NCBI GenBank assembly: GCA_965208325.1
Contig: OZ242326.1
Location: 1,952,001-2,016,000 of the forward strand
Origin: Candidatus Poribacteria bacterium
Lineage (GTDB): Bacteria; Poribacteria; WGA-4E; PCPOR2b
Length of the DNA: 64,000 nt
Reading direction: 5' to 3'
This document shows, piece by piece, positions 28,759 through 38,840 of this stretch. Within the stretch, counting starts at the first letter, position 1. Every line of letters begins with the position of its first letter. The notes below the pieces were generated by a model. That model saw nothing but the letters and a program-made list of their open reading frames with translations, was not told the origin of the DNA and did no database searches. The position numbers were made by a program, and so were the translations under genes.

Positions 28759-31700
28759 ATGAAAATAGAAATTAAGCGCGCTTGGCAATTCTTGACAATC
28801 ACTTTGCTGATGCTCGCATTTTTGATTGGCTGTCAAGAGGAGGTCACCCGTAAGGCTGATTGGGAAACTCATTTTACAGATCTCCACTTTACCAGCCCCA
28901 AACACGGCTGGATTGTGGGAGAAAAGGGGTTTATCATTCACACGGGGGACGGCGGCAAGACATGGCACCGCCAGGAGGTTGGGACCTCGGAAGATTTCAA
29001 GGCTGTCTACTTTACGAACCGGAAATATGGTTGGGCGGCAGGCGACAACGGCGTGATTGCCGCGACCGATGACGGCGGCAGACACTGGCATCTCCAGAAG
29101 AGCAACACCTCCGGTATGCTGAGAGATGTCGTCTTTGCGGATTCCAATAAGGGCTGGATTGTGGGAGAAGACAATTACGTGATTGCGACAAAGAACGGCG
29201 GAAAAACATGGGAGCGCCAACAATATGTGAGCGATTTTACGCTGAATGGCGTCTGGTTTGTCGATAATCGGCGGGGATGGACAGTCGGCGAATATGAGAG
29301 CGTGCTCCGCACAGACGACGGGGGAAACACTTGGCGTGAACAAACTACGCGCGAAGGTATCGTACGAAATCGGTTGGTCAATGACAACCGGCGTGTGTTT
29401 TTCATCAGCGACAACGTCGGATGGATGGGCGGCAGCGATGGTTCAATTTACCATACACAGAACGGGGGCGCACGATGGCAAGGACAGGACAGCCGCATTC
29501 CGAGCATTAACGGCCACGTAAGAGAGACGGTTAACGGGGTTCACTTTTTGGACAAAAAGCGCGGTCTGGCGGTCGCGGATATCGGCTTTATCACGTTCAC
29601 TGAAGACGGCGGTGACAACTGGCGCCTGCTAGCGAGCGAGACGGAAAACAACCTGATGGCGGTACAGTTCTCGAGCCGGAACGAAGCGTGGGCAGTCGGA
29701 TGGCACGGGACAATCATGCACTCAAAGGACGGCGGAAGTACGTGGACGATGAAAAGCGGAACCACATCGAACGACCTTGAAAACATTCAATTTGCGTCGG
29801 AAAACCGCGCAGTTGCCGTCGGCAAGCGGGGTACGATTGCAATCACTGAAGATGGCGGTCAAACATGGGAAGAGGTCGATACCGATATCTGGGACAATAT
29901 CCGCAACATCTTCTTCATATCCGATCAAGAGGGTTGGTTGATTGGAGAACGGAACATGATTGCCCATACGACCGATGGCGGACGGACGTGGGCGCGCCAG
30001 TACGCGGGCCAGGGTCACATGCTTAACGGCGTGTACTTTGTAACACGGCAGAAGGGATGGGTCGTCGGCGAACTCGGCACAGTTCTTTACACCGCCGACG
30101 GCGGCGCGTCCTGGGTTTCCCAAACAGCGACGGAATTTCAGTCGCTCAAAGGCGTCTTCTTTCTCAATGGAAAAGAGGGTTGGGTTGTCGGGTGGCCAGG
30201 GGTTATCCAACACACGACTAACGGCGGGATGTCATGGACGCCGCAGACTTCCGGGACCTTTAACGAACTGTACGCGGTGCACTTTGCCGACAGCCAAAAC
30301 GGTTGGGTGGTGGGACAGTTCGGGGAAATTCTGCGCACCAAGGATGGCGGGCAGACTTGGAGATTTCAGCGAAGCGGCGTCAAGGTGAATCTCAACAAAA
30401 TTTACCTCGCTGACACTATGCACGGCATCATCGTCGGCGACAATGGAATCATCCTGACTACGACGGACGGCGGCGAGAATTGGATGAAGCAGGTGAGCGG
30501 TACGGAGAACGACCTTATGGGTTTCTCAATTTCGCCAGAAGGTATGGTCGTAGTCGGCCGGGGCGGTATCGCAATGCGGTATTCGATTGATCCGGCGGAA
30601 CTCCCGGTGACGCTGCCGTCTGTAGCCAAAGTTGAAGAACCACAACCTTCCGAGGATGCCGTAACAGTCGAAGAGGTGACTTACCATTGGGACATTATCC
30701 GCCGCGCCACGTGGCAGACCGATTTTACAGACACGTTCTTCCTCAATGAGCACACCGGATGGGCTGTCGGAAAAGGCGGGGTTATTGCTCACACAACTGA
30801 CAGCGGAAAAACTTGGCTGCCACAGCATAGCGGCGTTGAGGCGGAGCTTACTCAGGTGACATTTGTTGACCCCCTGCACGGATGGATTACGGGCCGCCGC
30901 ATGTTGCTGCGGACTGATGACGGCGGCGGCACTTGGCAGGTGGTCAGAGGTGTTTTGCAGAACTTACAGGGTATCAATACGATGCAATTCATTACGCCTA
31001 CAGAGGGGTGGCTTGGGGTTGATACGGCACAAATTCTGCACACAATCGACGGCGGGTTGACGTGGCTGCGCCAACATACCGGCACCTCCGACCAGCCTAT
31101 AACAGATTTGCATTTTATCAATTCAAGTGAGGGCTGGGCGGTTTTGAGAGATCGCCAAGTGGGCGGACTGGTTCTTCATACCACCGACGGCGGCGGTTAT
31201 TGGAAGATACTCGACAAGACAAATTTAGCCGGAATTGGGGTTTATTTCGCCGATTCAAATTTGGGGTGGGTTGTGCAGGCAAACGGTTCATCAATTGTCA
31301 CGCACGACGGCGGCTCCACCTGGAAACGAGTCAATTCGGAATTAGGCTCGTCAACGGGCACGCTTGAGCGGGTAACTTTCCGAAACCAAATGGAGGCCTG
31401 GGCTCTCAATAGAGACGGTATCCTCTACCTCACACGCAGCGGCGGCCAAACGTGGGAAGCGGCGAATGTTCCACAACACGAGGGTGCAGCGGGACGCCAG
31501 AATGCCGGCGGAGACGGAATTGATTGGTTTTCGCTCTGGGCTGGCGACGAGGAAGTAACTGGCGCCGCAGACGACCCGCCAAGCAATACAGACGATTCGA
31601 GATTGGATGCGGATTTTGCTGATCAGTTCCAAGCGCAAATGAGCGATCAGCGGCAACGTACGGGGCGTTTTACGCCGGAAGGCGACCTGGAAGGAGAAAG

Positions 31701-32799
31701 CGATGCGTCCGCCGACCAATCGCAGACACAGCGGATGGATTCCCAACAGGAGCGAATGCGCCGCAGTGGCACCAGAATACGCGGCAACCCTTCACTGAAC
31801 AGGGTTTATTTCTTAAATGACCAGGTAGCGTGGGCAGTCGGCGACGCCGGACATGTCTTTCACACTGCGAACGGCGGCGAAACGTGGGAACGCCAACTCG
31901 GCGAAAGACTTGATGACGCCATGGATGTCCTCTTTCTCAACGACTTTCAGGGATGGATGGCAGGCGACAACGGGCAGTTACTAGAGACGCAAGACGGCGG
32001 ACTCACATGGAAGTCCTTGAACGTCGACACACGGCAACCGCTTGTCGGCGTGCATTTTCCCAGCCTTGACCCAAAATGGGGATGGGCCATGCAACGGGAC
32101 GGCACGGTGTACTACACGACGGACGGTACGAAATGGACTGCGGGTTCAACGCCCACACGGCCGGGTTTATTCGAAGAGGATCCGCCGCAGTCGTTTGCCA
32201 TCAACGATGTTGCGTTTGGTGAATTTTCGCAAGGCTGGGCGTCTGGCAACGAAGGGCAGATAATTCACAATCAAGACGGCGGGCCCATCTGGACGCAACA
32301 ACGAACATCTACCGCGAATGACCTTTTAGGCATTAATATGAATTATGCGCCGCTTGGATGGGCGGTCGGGCGGGATGGCATCGTGCAAAGAACAATTAAC
32401 GGCGGCGGCTACTGGAAATACCATGAAACGGATACAGGCTACGATTTGCACGATGTGTCGTTCATTACCAAACGGAAAGGTTGGGCTGTCGGACGCTACG
32501 GCATGATTCTGCGAACGACCGGCGGCGGCTTTAGTTGGGAGCCCTTGTCGAGCGGTGTCACAACAGATTTATACAGTGTGATAGCGCTGACCGAGCAGCG
32601 GATTTATGCCGTGGGCGCCAAAGGGACGATCCTCCACTCGACCGACGGCGGCGACACATGGGTACAGGAGCATACCGACATCAGCAACGACCTGTACCGT
32701 ATCGCCCGATCGAAGACAGGAAACACCCTCTGGGTCGTTGGACAGTGGGGCGTCGTGCTACGGCGAACGATTGAACAGCCAAAGATGTCAATGCGGTAG
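28759..32799 (+). CDS. Large YCF48/BNR-repeat beta-propeller lipoprotein
   Basis: Lipobox LIGC and more than 25 repeats of F....GW.VG..G.I..T.DGG.TW. GGAGG RBS before ATG 28759. Confidence 0.88.
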   Translation: MKIEIKRAWQFLTITLLMLAFLIGCQEEVTRKADWETHFTDLHFTSPKHGWIVGEKGFIIHTGDGGKTWHRQEVGTSEDFKAVYFTNRKYGWAAGDNGVIAATDDGGRHWHLQKSNTSGMLRDVVFADSNKGWIVGEDNYVIATKNGGKTWERQQYVSDFTLNGVWFVDNRRGWTVGEYESVLRTDDGGNTWREQTTREGIVRNRLVNDNRRVFFISDNVGWMGGSDGSIYHTQNGGARWQGQDSRIPSINGHVRETVNGVHFLDKKRGLAVADIGFITFTEDGGDNWRLLASETENNLMAVQFSSRNEAWAVGWHGTIMHSKDGGSTWTMKSGTTSNDLENIQFASENRAVAVGKRGTIAITEDGGQTWEEVDTDIWDNIRNIFFISDQEGWLIGERNMIAHTTDGGRTWARQYAGQGHMLNGVYFVTRQKGWVVGELGTVLYTADGGASWVSQTATEFQSLKGVFFLNGKEGWVVGWPGVIQHTTNGGMSWTPQTSGTFNELYAVHFADSQNGWVVGQFGEILRTKDGGQTWRFQRSGVKVNLNKIYLADTMHGIIVGDNGIILTTTDGGENWMKQVSGTENDLMGFSISPEGMVVVGRGGIAMRYSIDPAELPVTLPSVAKVEEPQPSEDAVTVEEVTYHWDIIRRATWQTDFTDTFFLNEHTGWAVGKGGVIAHTTDSGKTWLPQHSGVEAELTQVTFVDPLHGWITGRRMLLRTDDGGGTWQVVRGVLQNLQGINTMQFITPTEGWLGVDTAQILHTIDGGLTWLRQHTGTSDQPITDLHFINSSEGWAVLRDRQVGGLVLHTTDGGGYWKILDKTNLAGIGVYFADSNLGWVVQANGSSIVTHDGGSTWKRVNSELGSSTGTLERVTFRNQMEAWALNRDGILYLTRSGGQTWEAANVPQHEGAAGRQNAGGDGIDWFSLWAGDEEVTGAADDPPSNTDDSRLDADFADQFQAQMSDQRQRTGRFTPEGDLEGESDASADQSQTQRMDSQQERMRRSGTRIRGNPSLNRVYFLNDQVAWAVGDAGHVFHTANGGETWERQLGERLDDAMDVLFLNDFQGWMAGDNGQLLETQDGGLTWKSLNVDTRQPLVGVHFPSLDPKWGWAMQRDGTVYYTTDGTKWTAGSTPTRPGLFEEDPPQSFAINDVAFGEFSQGWASGNEGQIIHNQDGGPIWTQQRTSTANDLLGINMNYAPLGWAVGRDGIVQRTINGGGYWKYHETDTGYDLHDVSFITKRKGWAVGRYGMILRTTGGGFSWEPLSSGVTTDLYSVIALTEQRIYAVGAKGTILHSTDGGDTWVQEHTDISNDLYRIARSKTGNTLWVVGQWGVVLRRTIEQPKMSMR

Positions 32800-32973
32800 T
32801 TCCATGCATATTGGCGCGTTAACGCATAAGTGTATATTTTTTCGCGGACACAGTTTTACAGAGGTTAAAAATCCGCAAAAGGGCGAACTTTATCTATGTT
32901 TGCTTGTCTAAAGGGAGAAGATGAAGCCAAAGAATTTGAATTCCCAAAACCCTAACGAAAAGGAGAGTTTTCC

Positions 32974-33480
32974 GTGTTAAACAGAATGAACACCGCAGAA
33001 TCCCGATTCTCGAAGTGGTTTTTGTTAGTTGCCATGTTAGCAGTTACGACGGTTATCGTGTTTATGACAAACCAGATTACGCAAGCCCAACGACCCGATC
33101 GGAGCGAAATGCGCGATAGACGCGGCGGCGGCATGCGGGGTGCAAGAGGCGGCGGTGGATTTTCCCCGACTTCTTTGATTGACAGTTCCTGGTCTGATTT
33201 GACATTTGTCGTCAAAGTTGACAATGAGACGCTAATCAAAGCCCGCCCGGTGTATCAGAAATCTCGAGACTCGCTTGAGAAAGCCATGAAGGAGGCGCGC
33301 AACACGGGTGACCGCGGTTCGATGCGAGCTGCCATGATGGAGGTTAGGACATCGTTTGAGTCCGATTTGAAAGAGATATTGACTGAAGAGCAGTCCGCAA
33401 AGCTTGATGAATTGCAGCAGAAGCGGATGGAGCGGATGAGAGGCGGACGGCCCGGCGGTAGGGGACGGGGTCAGCAGTAG
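32974..33480 (+). CDS. Exported helical protein with Arg/Gly-rich segments (Spy/CpxP-like LTxEQ motif)
   Basis: Signal peptide, LKEILTEEQ motif and RGG-rich N- and C-terminal segments. AAGGAG RBS. Confidence 0.65.
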   Translation: MLNRMNTAESRFSKWFLLVAMLAVTTVIVFMTNQITQAQRPDRSEMRDRRGGGMRGARGGGGFSPTSLIDSSWSDLTFVVKVDNETLIKARPVYQKSRDSLEKAMKEARNTGDRGSMRAAMMEVRTSFESDLKEILTEEQSAKLDELQQKRMERMRGGRPGGRGRGQQ

Positions 33481-33517
33481 TTAGGTATACGGCGTGTGCG
33501 GTAGGTGAAGGAAGATT

Positions 33518-33601
33518 ACGGCACACGGAGTGTGCCTACTACTATATGCGGGGCAAGTTGCCCCGCGTACGGTAAGGGGCGGGGCGCGATGCCGCGGTTA
33601 C
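33518..33601 (-). repeat. REP C-A-A cluster between operon genes
   Basis: acggcacacggagtgtgcctactac followed by two degenerate A copies. Confidence 0.8.
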
Positions 33602-33624
33602 GGTAGGTGGGGGCAGATTTTGTA

Positions 33625-35625
33625 ATGAGAAAAAAGACGGTAATAATTTGTATTGTTGTGGTGGGAATTATCGGAGTTGGCGGCTATTTGCTTTACGATA
33701 GGCTATTCTCGTCTACCAAAGAAGAGCCGAACAATTCCGGAATGCCTGAATTAAGAACCGCTACGGTTGAACGCGGCGATATTGATGTCGTGATTGATGC
33801 GACGGGAACAATTGAACCACTGAACATTGTGGAGGTGAGTTCTAAGGCGAGCGGCAAGATTCTTTCTCTGTCTGTAGAGGAAGGAGACGCCGTTGAAAAA
33901 GACGACGTGATTGCGCGTATCGAAACCACCTATGTTGCGGTTGACCTTGAGCAGGCGGAAGCTGACCTTCGCGCCTCACAGGCAAGACTGAAGCAAGCCG
34001 AAATCAATATCCAACTGCAGAAAGACCAGTCGCAAATTCAGATTAAACAGGCTGAAGAAAAACTCGCTGAATCCAAAAAGCAGCTAGAGCAGCTCAGCGA
34101 GCAGATTCGCATCGAAAAAGAGAAGACGAATAAGCGTCAGGTGGCTGATGCGGAAAACAACCTTAAGATTGCCTCCTTGCGGTTCAAATTGCTGACTTCA
34201 GAGACGGTTCGCGCGGAAGAGATAAACCGCGCAAACGCGGCGGTTCACCAGGCGGAGGCGAGCCGGGACCTGGCAAAGAAGGAATACGAACGGAAGAAAG
34301 GTCTCTTTGAAAAGAACCTCATATCCCAATCAGAGCTGGATGCCGCCGAAACCCAACTGCAATCCGCCGAGGCGCAACATCAGTCTGCTGTCGAGCAAGC
34401 GAAATTAGTCAAACAACCAGCCAGCGAAGCGGAGTTAAAGCTAGCGCAGGCAGAGATAGACAAAGCAAAGTTCGCCCTAGATGCGGCGTTAGAGCAGATT
34501 GAGAAACAGCCGTACCGCGACATGGAGATTGATATTCAAAACAACCGCGTCGAACAGGCGAAGGAATCGTTGAACCTCGCTGTTGCAAACAAAGCTCAAA
34601 TTAGCGTCAAGGAAAAGGAGCTTGAGAACGCCCAAGCGCAGGTCAAACGCAGTGAAGGGCAGTTACAACTCGCGCGGGAGCAGATGAGCGACACGGAAAT
34701 CAGAGCGCCGATTTCCGGAACCGTCCTGGAAAAAAGGGTTGAGGAGGGCCAAATTATCTTCTCCAGCTTCGGGGGCGGCAGCCGATCCTCGTTCGGCACG
34801 TCTGAAGGGCAGGTGATTGTAACCATGGCAGACCTGTCACGGGTTTACGTGGTCACGGAAGTCGACGAGACCGACATCGGCAAGGTGAGGGTTGGGCAGC
34901 CGGCGAAGATTACCGTGGAAGCCTATCCCGATCAGCCGTTTGAAGGCGAGATACTTCGGATTTCGCCGCAAGGGCAGGTAGTGCAAAATGTGACCACCTT
35001 TAACGTGATTAGTGAAATAAAAAATACCAGGGCTCAGCGGCGCGGAAGATTCGGACGCGGCGCCGGCGGATTTAATCCGGAACAGCGTGAGCAATTCCGA
35101 CAGATGCGAGGGCAGCGCGACGAAACCGATGCCGCCGAAGCTTCCCGCACCGAAAACAGAGGTGCGGATAGTTCCGATGATGTAGATCCGTGGATGGCGA
35201 TGATGGATAGTTTTATGGGCGACCAGCCTTCCCCGACAGGCGCGGCTGAACAAGATGTTCAGGTCGAAGCGCCGTTCTTGAAACCCGGCATGAACGCAAC
35301 GGTGCAAATTTCTGCGGCAAGCAGGCGAGCCGTATTGGTATTGCCCAATGAGGCTATTATTTCATTTGGCAACCGTAAGATGATACGTCCCATCAGCGAA
35401 GATGGGCAGCCGGGACGCCCGCAACCCGTTGTTACCGGTGCCGCGAGTTTTGACACGACGGAAGTCGTCTCCGGCGTGGAAGAAGGGCAGCGTGTCGCCA
35501 TCGGGGGCGGACGACCTAGCGGTAGTGACGCAGATATGCAGCGATTCCGCAGAATGATGCAGAATCCCGCGTCTACGATGCGCCGTATGGGCGGCGGATT
35601 TGGCGGCCGAGGGAGAGGGCGGTGA
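33625..35625 (+). CDS. MacA/HlyD-type efflux periplasmic adaptor subunit
   Basis: N-terminal anchor, ATGTIEP...VEVSSKASGKI..L.VEEGD.V, long coiled coil, IRAPISGTV, VDETDIGKVRVGQ and LKPGMNA. Confidence 0.9.
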   Translation: MRKKTVIICIVVVGIIGVGGYLLYDRLFSSTKEEPNNSGMPELRTATVERGDIDVVIDATGTIEPLNIVEVSSKASGKILSLSVEEGDAVEKDDVIARIETTYVAVDLEQAEADLRASQARLKQAEINIQLQKDQSQIQIKQAEEKLAESKKQLEQLSEQIRIEKEKTNKRQVADAENNLKIASLRFKLLTSETVRAEEINRANAAVHQAEASRDLAKKEYERKKGLFEKNLISQSELDAAETQLQSAEAQHQSAVEQAKLVKQPASEAELKLAQAEIDKAKFALDAALEQIEKQPYRDMEIDIQNNRVEQAKESLNLAVANKAQISVKEKELENAQAQVKRSEGQLQLAREQMSDTEIRAPISGTVLEKRVEEGQIIFSSFGGGSRSSFGTSEGQVIVTMADLSRVYVVTEVDETDIGKVRVGQPAKITVEAYPDQPFEGEILRISPQGQVVQNVTTFNVISEIKNTRAQRRGRFGRGAGGFNPEQREQFRQMRGQRDETDAAEASRTENRGADSSDDVDPWMAMMDSFMGDQPSPTGAAEQDVQVEAPFLKPGMNATVQISAASRRAVLVLPNEAIISFGNRKMIRPISEDGQPGRPQPVVTGAASFDTTEVVSGVEEGQRVAIGGGRPSGSDADMQRFRRMMQNPASTMRRMGGGFGGRGRGR

Positions 35626-35770
35626 GTGCGCCGTGCGGGACAAGGATTTTTCAAGGCCGAATGGTCTCGCGCCGAGACCTAGAACGAAAATCTTATCAGA
35701 TAACGCAAAACAGTGCGTGATGCGAATAACCGGCGAATTTCACACATGCCAACACTCATAGAGAAAAAAA

Positions 35771-36985
35771 GTGGGACTTCTTGAAGGCTTAAGCAACGCA
35801 GTGCGCAGTCTGTTCGCCAACAAACTCAGGTCTGCGCTGACCATGCTCGGGGTCATTATCGGTGTGGCTGCGATTATGACGACCACCGCGATTGGCGAGG
35901 GCGCAAAAGCCGACATCACGGAACGGATTCAAACATTGGGTGCGAATATTCTCAGCATTCGGCCCGGACAGACCCGGTTCCGCGGACGCAGCTTCGGCGA
36001 AAGCCAGCGAACGTTGACGTACAAGGATGTTGAGGTGCTGGAAGGCCGTATGACAAATGCGCTTCATGTTTCGCCCCGGTTGAACCAACGCACACAAGCG
36101 AAATACTTGAACCGCAACACGAACACAACCGTAGTCGGGTCAACACCCGCGTTTCAGTATACCGAAAATTTTCCCGTTGCGACCGGCTCGTTTTTCACCG
36201 ATAACGATGTTCGCCGGCGGCAGCGGGTGTGCGTGCTCGGAAAATCGGTCGCCGATGAACTATTTGCTGAAAACGCCGATCCGATTGGGAAAACCGTTAA
36301 AATCAAGGGGCACAACTTCTATGTGCTCGGTGTGCTGAAGGAGAAAGGTGCGTCCGGTTTCCGCAATCCGGACGACCAGATAATTATTCCCGTGAGTACG
36401 GCAATGAAACGGGTTTTCGGAACCGAATACCTGTCGAGTATCAGTGTGCAAGCCGCTAGCAGCGAAGCCATGGATCCGGCGCAGGCTGAAATCGAAAATT
36501 TGCTGCGAAAACAACATAAGCTGTCCGCCAACAAACCGCTCGACTTTCACGTGCGCAACCAAGCTATGTTCTTGGAGACGCTGGAGGAATCCGGGCAGAC
36601 CTTCACCTATATGATTCTCGGTATTGCCATAGTCTCGCTGGTTGTGGGCGGCATCGGGATTATGAACATTATGCTGGTCTCCGTAACGGAGCGTACAAAG
36701 GAAATTGGTTTGCGGAAGGCGGTGGGCGCTAAACGCCGGGACATCCTGGGCCAGTTCTTAATAGAGTCCACCGCGCTCTCGGTAATCGGCGGATTGATTG
36801 GTATTGGCGTGGGCGTGTTTTGCGCCAAGATGGTGCCATCTTTGTGGGAGTGGCGGACGATTATTTCGCCGATTTACACGGGGTTAGCGTTCTTTGTTGC
36901 GGGTTGGATCGGAATTTTTTTCGGCGCTTATCCGGCATGGAAAGCCGCCAAGCTGTCTCCGATTGATGCGTTGAGGCACGAGTGA
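35771..36985 (+). CDS. MacB-type ABC transporter permease
   Basis: NKLRSALTMLGVIIGV, VGGIGIMNIMLVSVTERTKEIGLRKAVGA and YPAWKAAKLSPIDALRHE. Confidence 0.93.
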   Translation: MGLLEGLSNAVRSLFANKLRSALTMLGVIIGVAAIMTTTAIGEGAKADITERIQTLGANILSIRPGQTRFRGRSFGESQRTLTYKDVEVLEGRMTNALHVSPRLNQRTQAKYLNRNTNTTVVGSTPAFQYTENFPVATGSFFTDNDVRRRQRVCVLGKSVADELFAENADPIGKTVKIKGHNFYVLGVLKEKGASGFRNPDDQIIIPVSTAMKRVFGTEYLSSISVQAASSEAMDPAQAEIENLLRKQHKLSANKPLDFHVRNQAMFLETLEESGQTFTYMILGIAIVSLVVGGIGIMNIMLVSVTERTKEIGLRKAVGAKRRDILGQFLIESTALSVIGGLIGIGVGVFCAKMVPSLWEWRTIISPIYTGLAFFVAGWIGIFFGAYPAWKAAKLSPIDALRHE

Positions 36986-37118
36986 GGAGAAAGGAATAAT
37001 GAGTAATGCGTAAGGAGTAAGGAGTAAGGAGAAATGTAGGGGCAGTTCTTGGGTTTGCCAGTTAATTTTTTCTGGTGGGTGGGTTAGCACGGACGCGCTC
37101 GGCTTGGAGGCAAAAAAA

Positions 37119-38249
37119 ATGGGATTGAATTTAGATGTCGAAACGCCTCACATTTTATTGGATTACGAGCGGCTGCAGGCAAACATCCGTTTGATTCAAA
37201 ACATCGCCGACGCGCGCGGTGTCAATCTCCGTCCGCATATCAAAACGCATAAGTGCCTTGAAATTGCGCAGCTTCAGACTAATGCCGGCGCGGCCGGCGT
37301 TACGGCTTCAAAGGTAGACGAGGCGCTGGTTTTTATTGAAAACGGCATTCGTTCCGTCACTGTGGCGTATCCGCTTGTCGTGGCTTCGAAGCTAGACCGC
37401 CTGATTGCCGCTGCGCACGCGCATGACGCCGATCTTCGACTCATCGTTGACAGCCCTGCAGGGGTAAATGCAATCGCTTGTGCGGCGGAGAAACACCAAA
37501 AACAGATTGATGTCTTCTTGAAAATTGATGTGGGGCTGCACCGATGCGGACTCACGGAAGGCGATCCGCATATGGTCGGGCTGGTGCAGAACATCGTGCA
37601 AGAACCCGCTCTGAATTTTGTAGGTCTTTTATCCCATGCGGGACACACTTACGGATCGGAAGACATGGAGTCAGCGCGGAAAATCGCCCAAGAAGAGTGC
37701 GAGATTATGAAGCGAGTGCGTGCGAAACTGGAATGCGCCGGTATTGATGTCGCGGAAGTGTCCGTTGGATCCACACCCGGCACGCTAGCGAGCGATAGCT
37801 ACGACGGCATCACGGAAATTCGACCCGGCAATTACGTCTTTATGGATAGGATGCCGCTGCGCCTCAAGCTCATCGAGCCAAACCAGATTGCGCTCTCCGT
37901 GCTGGCAACGGTCGTGAGCCGAAACGCCGACTACTTTATTATTGACGCCGGATCGAAAACCTTGAGTTCCGATAAAGGCGCACACGGTATGGCGGGGATG
38001 GAAGGATTCGGGCTCGCGTATCCCGCGGATCTGTTCGAAGACAAAGATTACGAAATGATTGTCGCCAAACTATCGGAAGAACATGGATTCGTAACCAGGA
38101 AGGGTTTAGATTTGGAGATTGGCGCACAACTTCGAATCGTGCCAAACCACGCATGTGTCGTAGCAAACCTACTAGACACTTATGCGGTGCTAAAAGACGG
38201 ACACATCACCGAGCAGTGGGACATCGCAGCGCGTGGTTGTGTGCATTAG
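37119..38249 (+). CDS. Fold-type III PLP enzyme, D-threonine aldolase/D-serine dehydratase (DSD1) family
   Basis: LRPHIKTHK, HRCG, SHAGH, GSTP, EIRPGNYVFMD, DAGSKTLSSD, LSEEHG and PNHAC. GGAGG RBS before ATG 37119. Confidence 0.9.
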   Translation: MGLNLDVETPHILLDYERLQANIRLIQNIADARGVNLRPHIKTHKCLEIAQLQTNAGAAGVTASKVDEALVFIENGIRSVTVAYPLVVASKLDRLIAAAHAHDADLRLIVDSPAGVNAIACAAEKHQKQIDVFLKIDVGLHRCGLTEGDPHMVGLVQNIVQEPALNFVGLLSHAGHTYGSEDMESARKIAQEECEIMKRVRAKLECAGIDVAEVSVGSTPGTLASDSYDGITEIRPGNYVFMDRMPLRLKLIEPNQIALSVLATVVSRNADYFIIDAGSKTLSSDKGAHGMAGMEGFGLAYPADLFEDKDYEMIVAKLSEEHGFVTRKGLDLEIGAQLRIVPNHACVVANLLDTYAVLKDGHITEQWDIAARGCVH

Positions 38250-38840
38250 CAAACGGTGATAGTGGACGATACACTTGTGTATGGGGGGATTCAGAGCCGT
38301 TCCAGCCCGCAATGGAATTCCGAGAAGAAACTGTGGGAATGGTGGTATTTCGGCCGGCATTTGTACTAGGCGGTCTCCGATGACGGGGAGCATTGGAAAA
38401 AGCCGGCCATGGGGTTGTACGAATTCGGCGGTTCAAGGGACAACAACATCGCATTCGACCCGGAAAATATGGGGCAGGGAATCCCTTTTCACGTTGTGCG
38501 CGACTAGACCGATCCGGATCCGCGGCGCCGTTACAAAGGACTGTTCAACGCTAACGGCCGCCGCCTCGCCGTGTCCCCGGACGGATTTGACTGGAGGCTC
38601 CACGACTCGCCGCCCATCCCCTGCCAAGACGAGTCCCAGTTTACGCATGACATCGAGTCGAGCCAGTTTCTAGCAATGGTCAAGTTGAGTACGGAATGGG
38701 GACGTTCCGTTTGGCTCTCCACCAGTTCCGATTTTAATTCCTTCACCGAACCCCAGCTAATCTTTCACACCGACGAAATTGACCAGGAGAACGGAAGCCG
38801 GCGAGTCCGGAAAATATTCGAAGACCCGGCTTCGGGGTGA
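38250..38840 (+). pseudogene. Fragment of a five-bladed beta-propeller glycoside-hydrolase-like gene with two in-frame TAG stops, truncated by a REP array
   Basis: One frame reads IQSRSSPQWNSEKKLWEWWY...LY*AVSDDGEHWKKPAMGLYEFGGSRDNNI...VVRD*TDPDPRRRYKGL...AVSPDGFDW...DES...GRSVWLSTSSDF. TAG codons at 38367 and 38505. Confidence 0.78.

Noticed and set aside
38250..38840. Stop-codon reassignment or pyrrolysine readthrough
   Set aside because: TAG ends intact genes here (RAYT, 32799, 52218, 53043, 60367) and the fragment lacks both ends.
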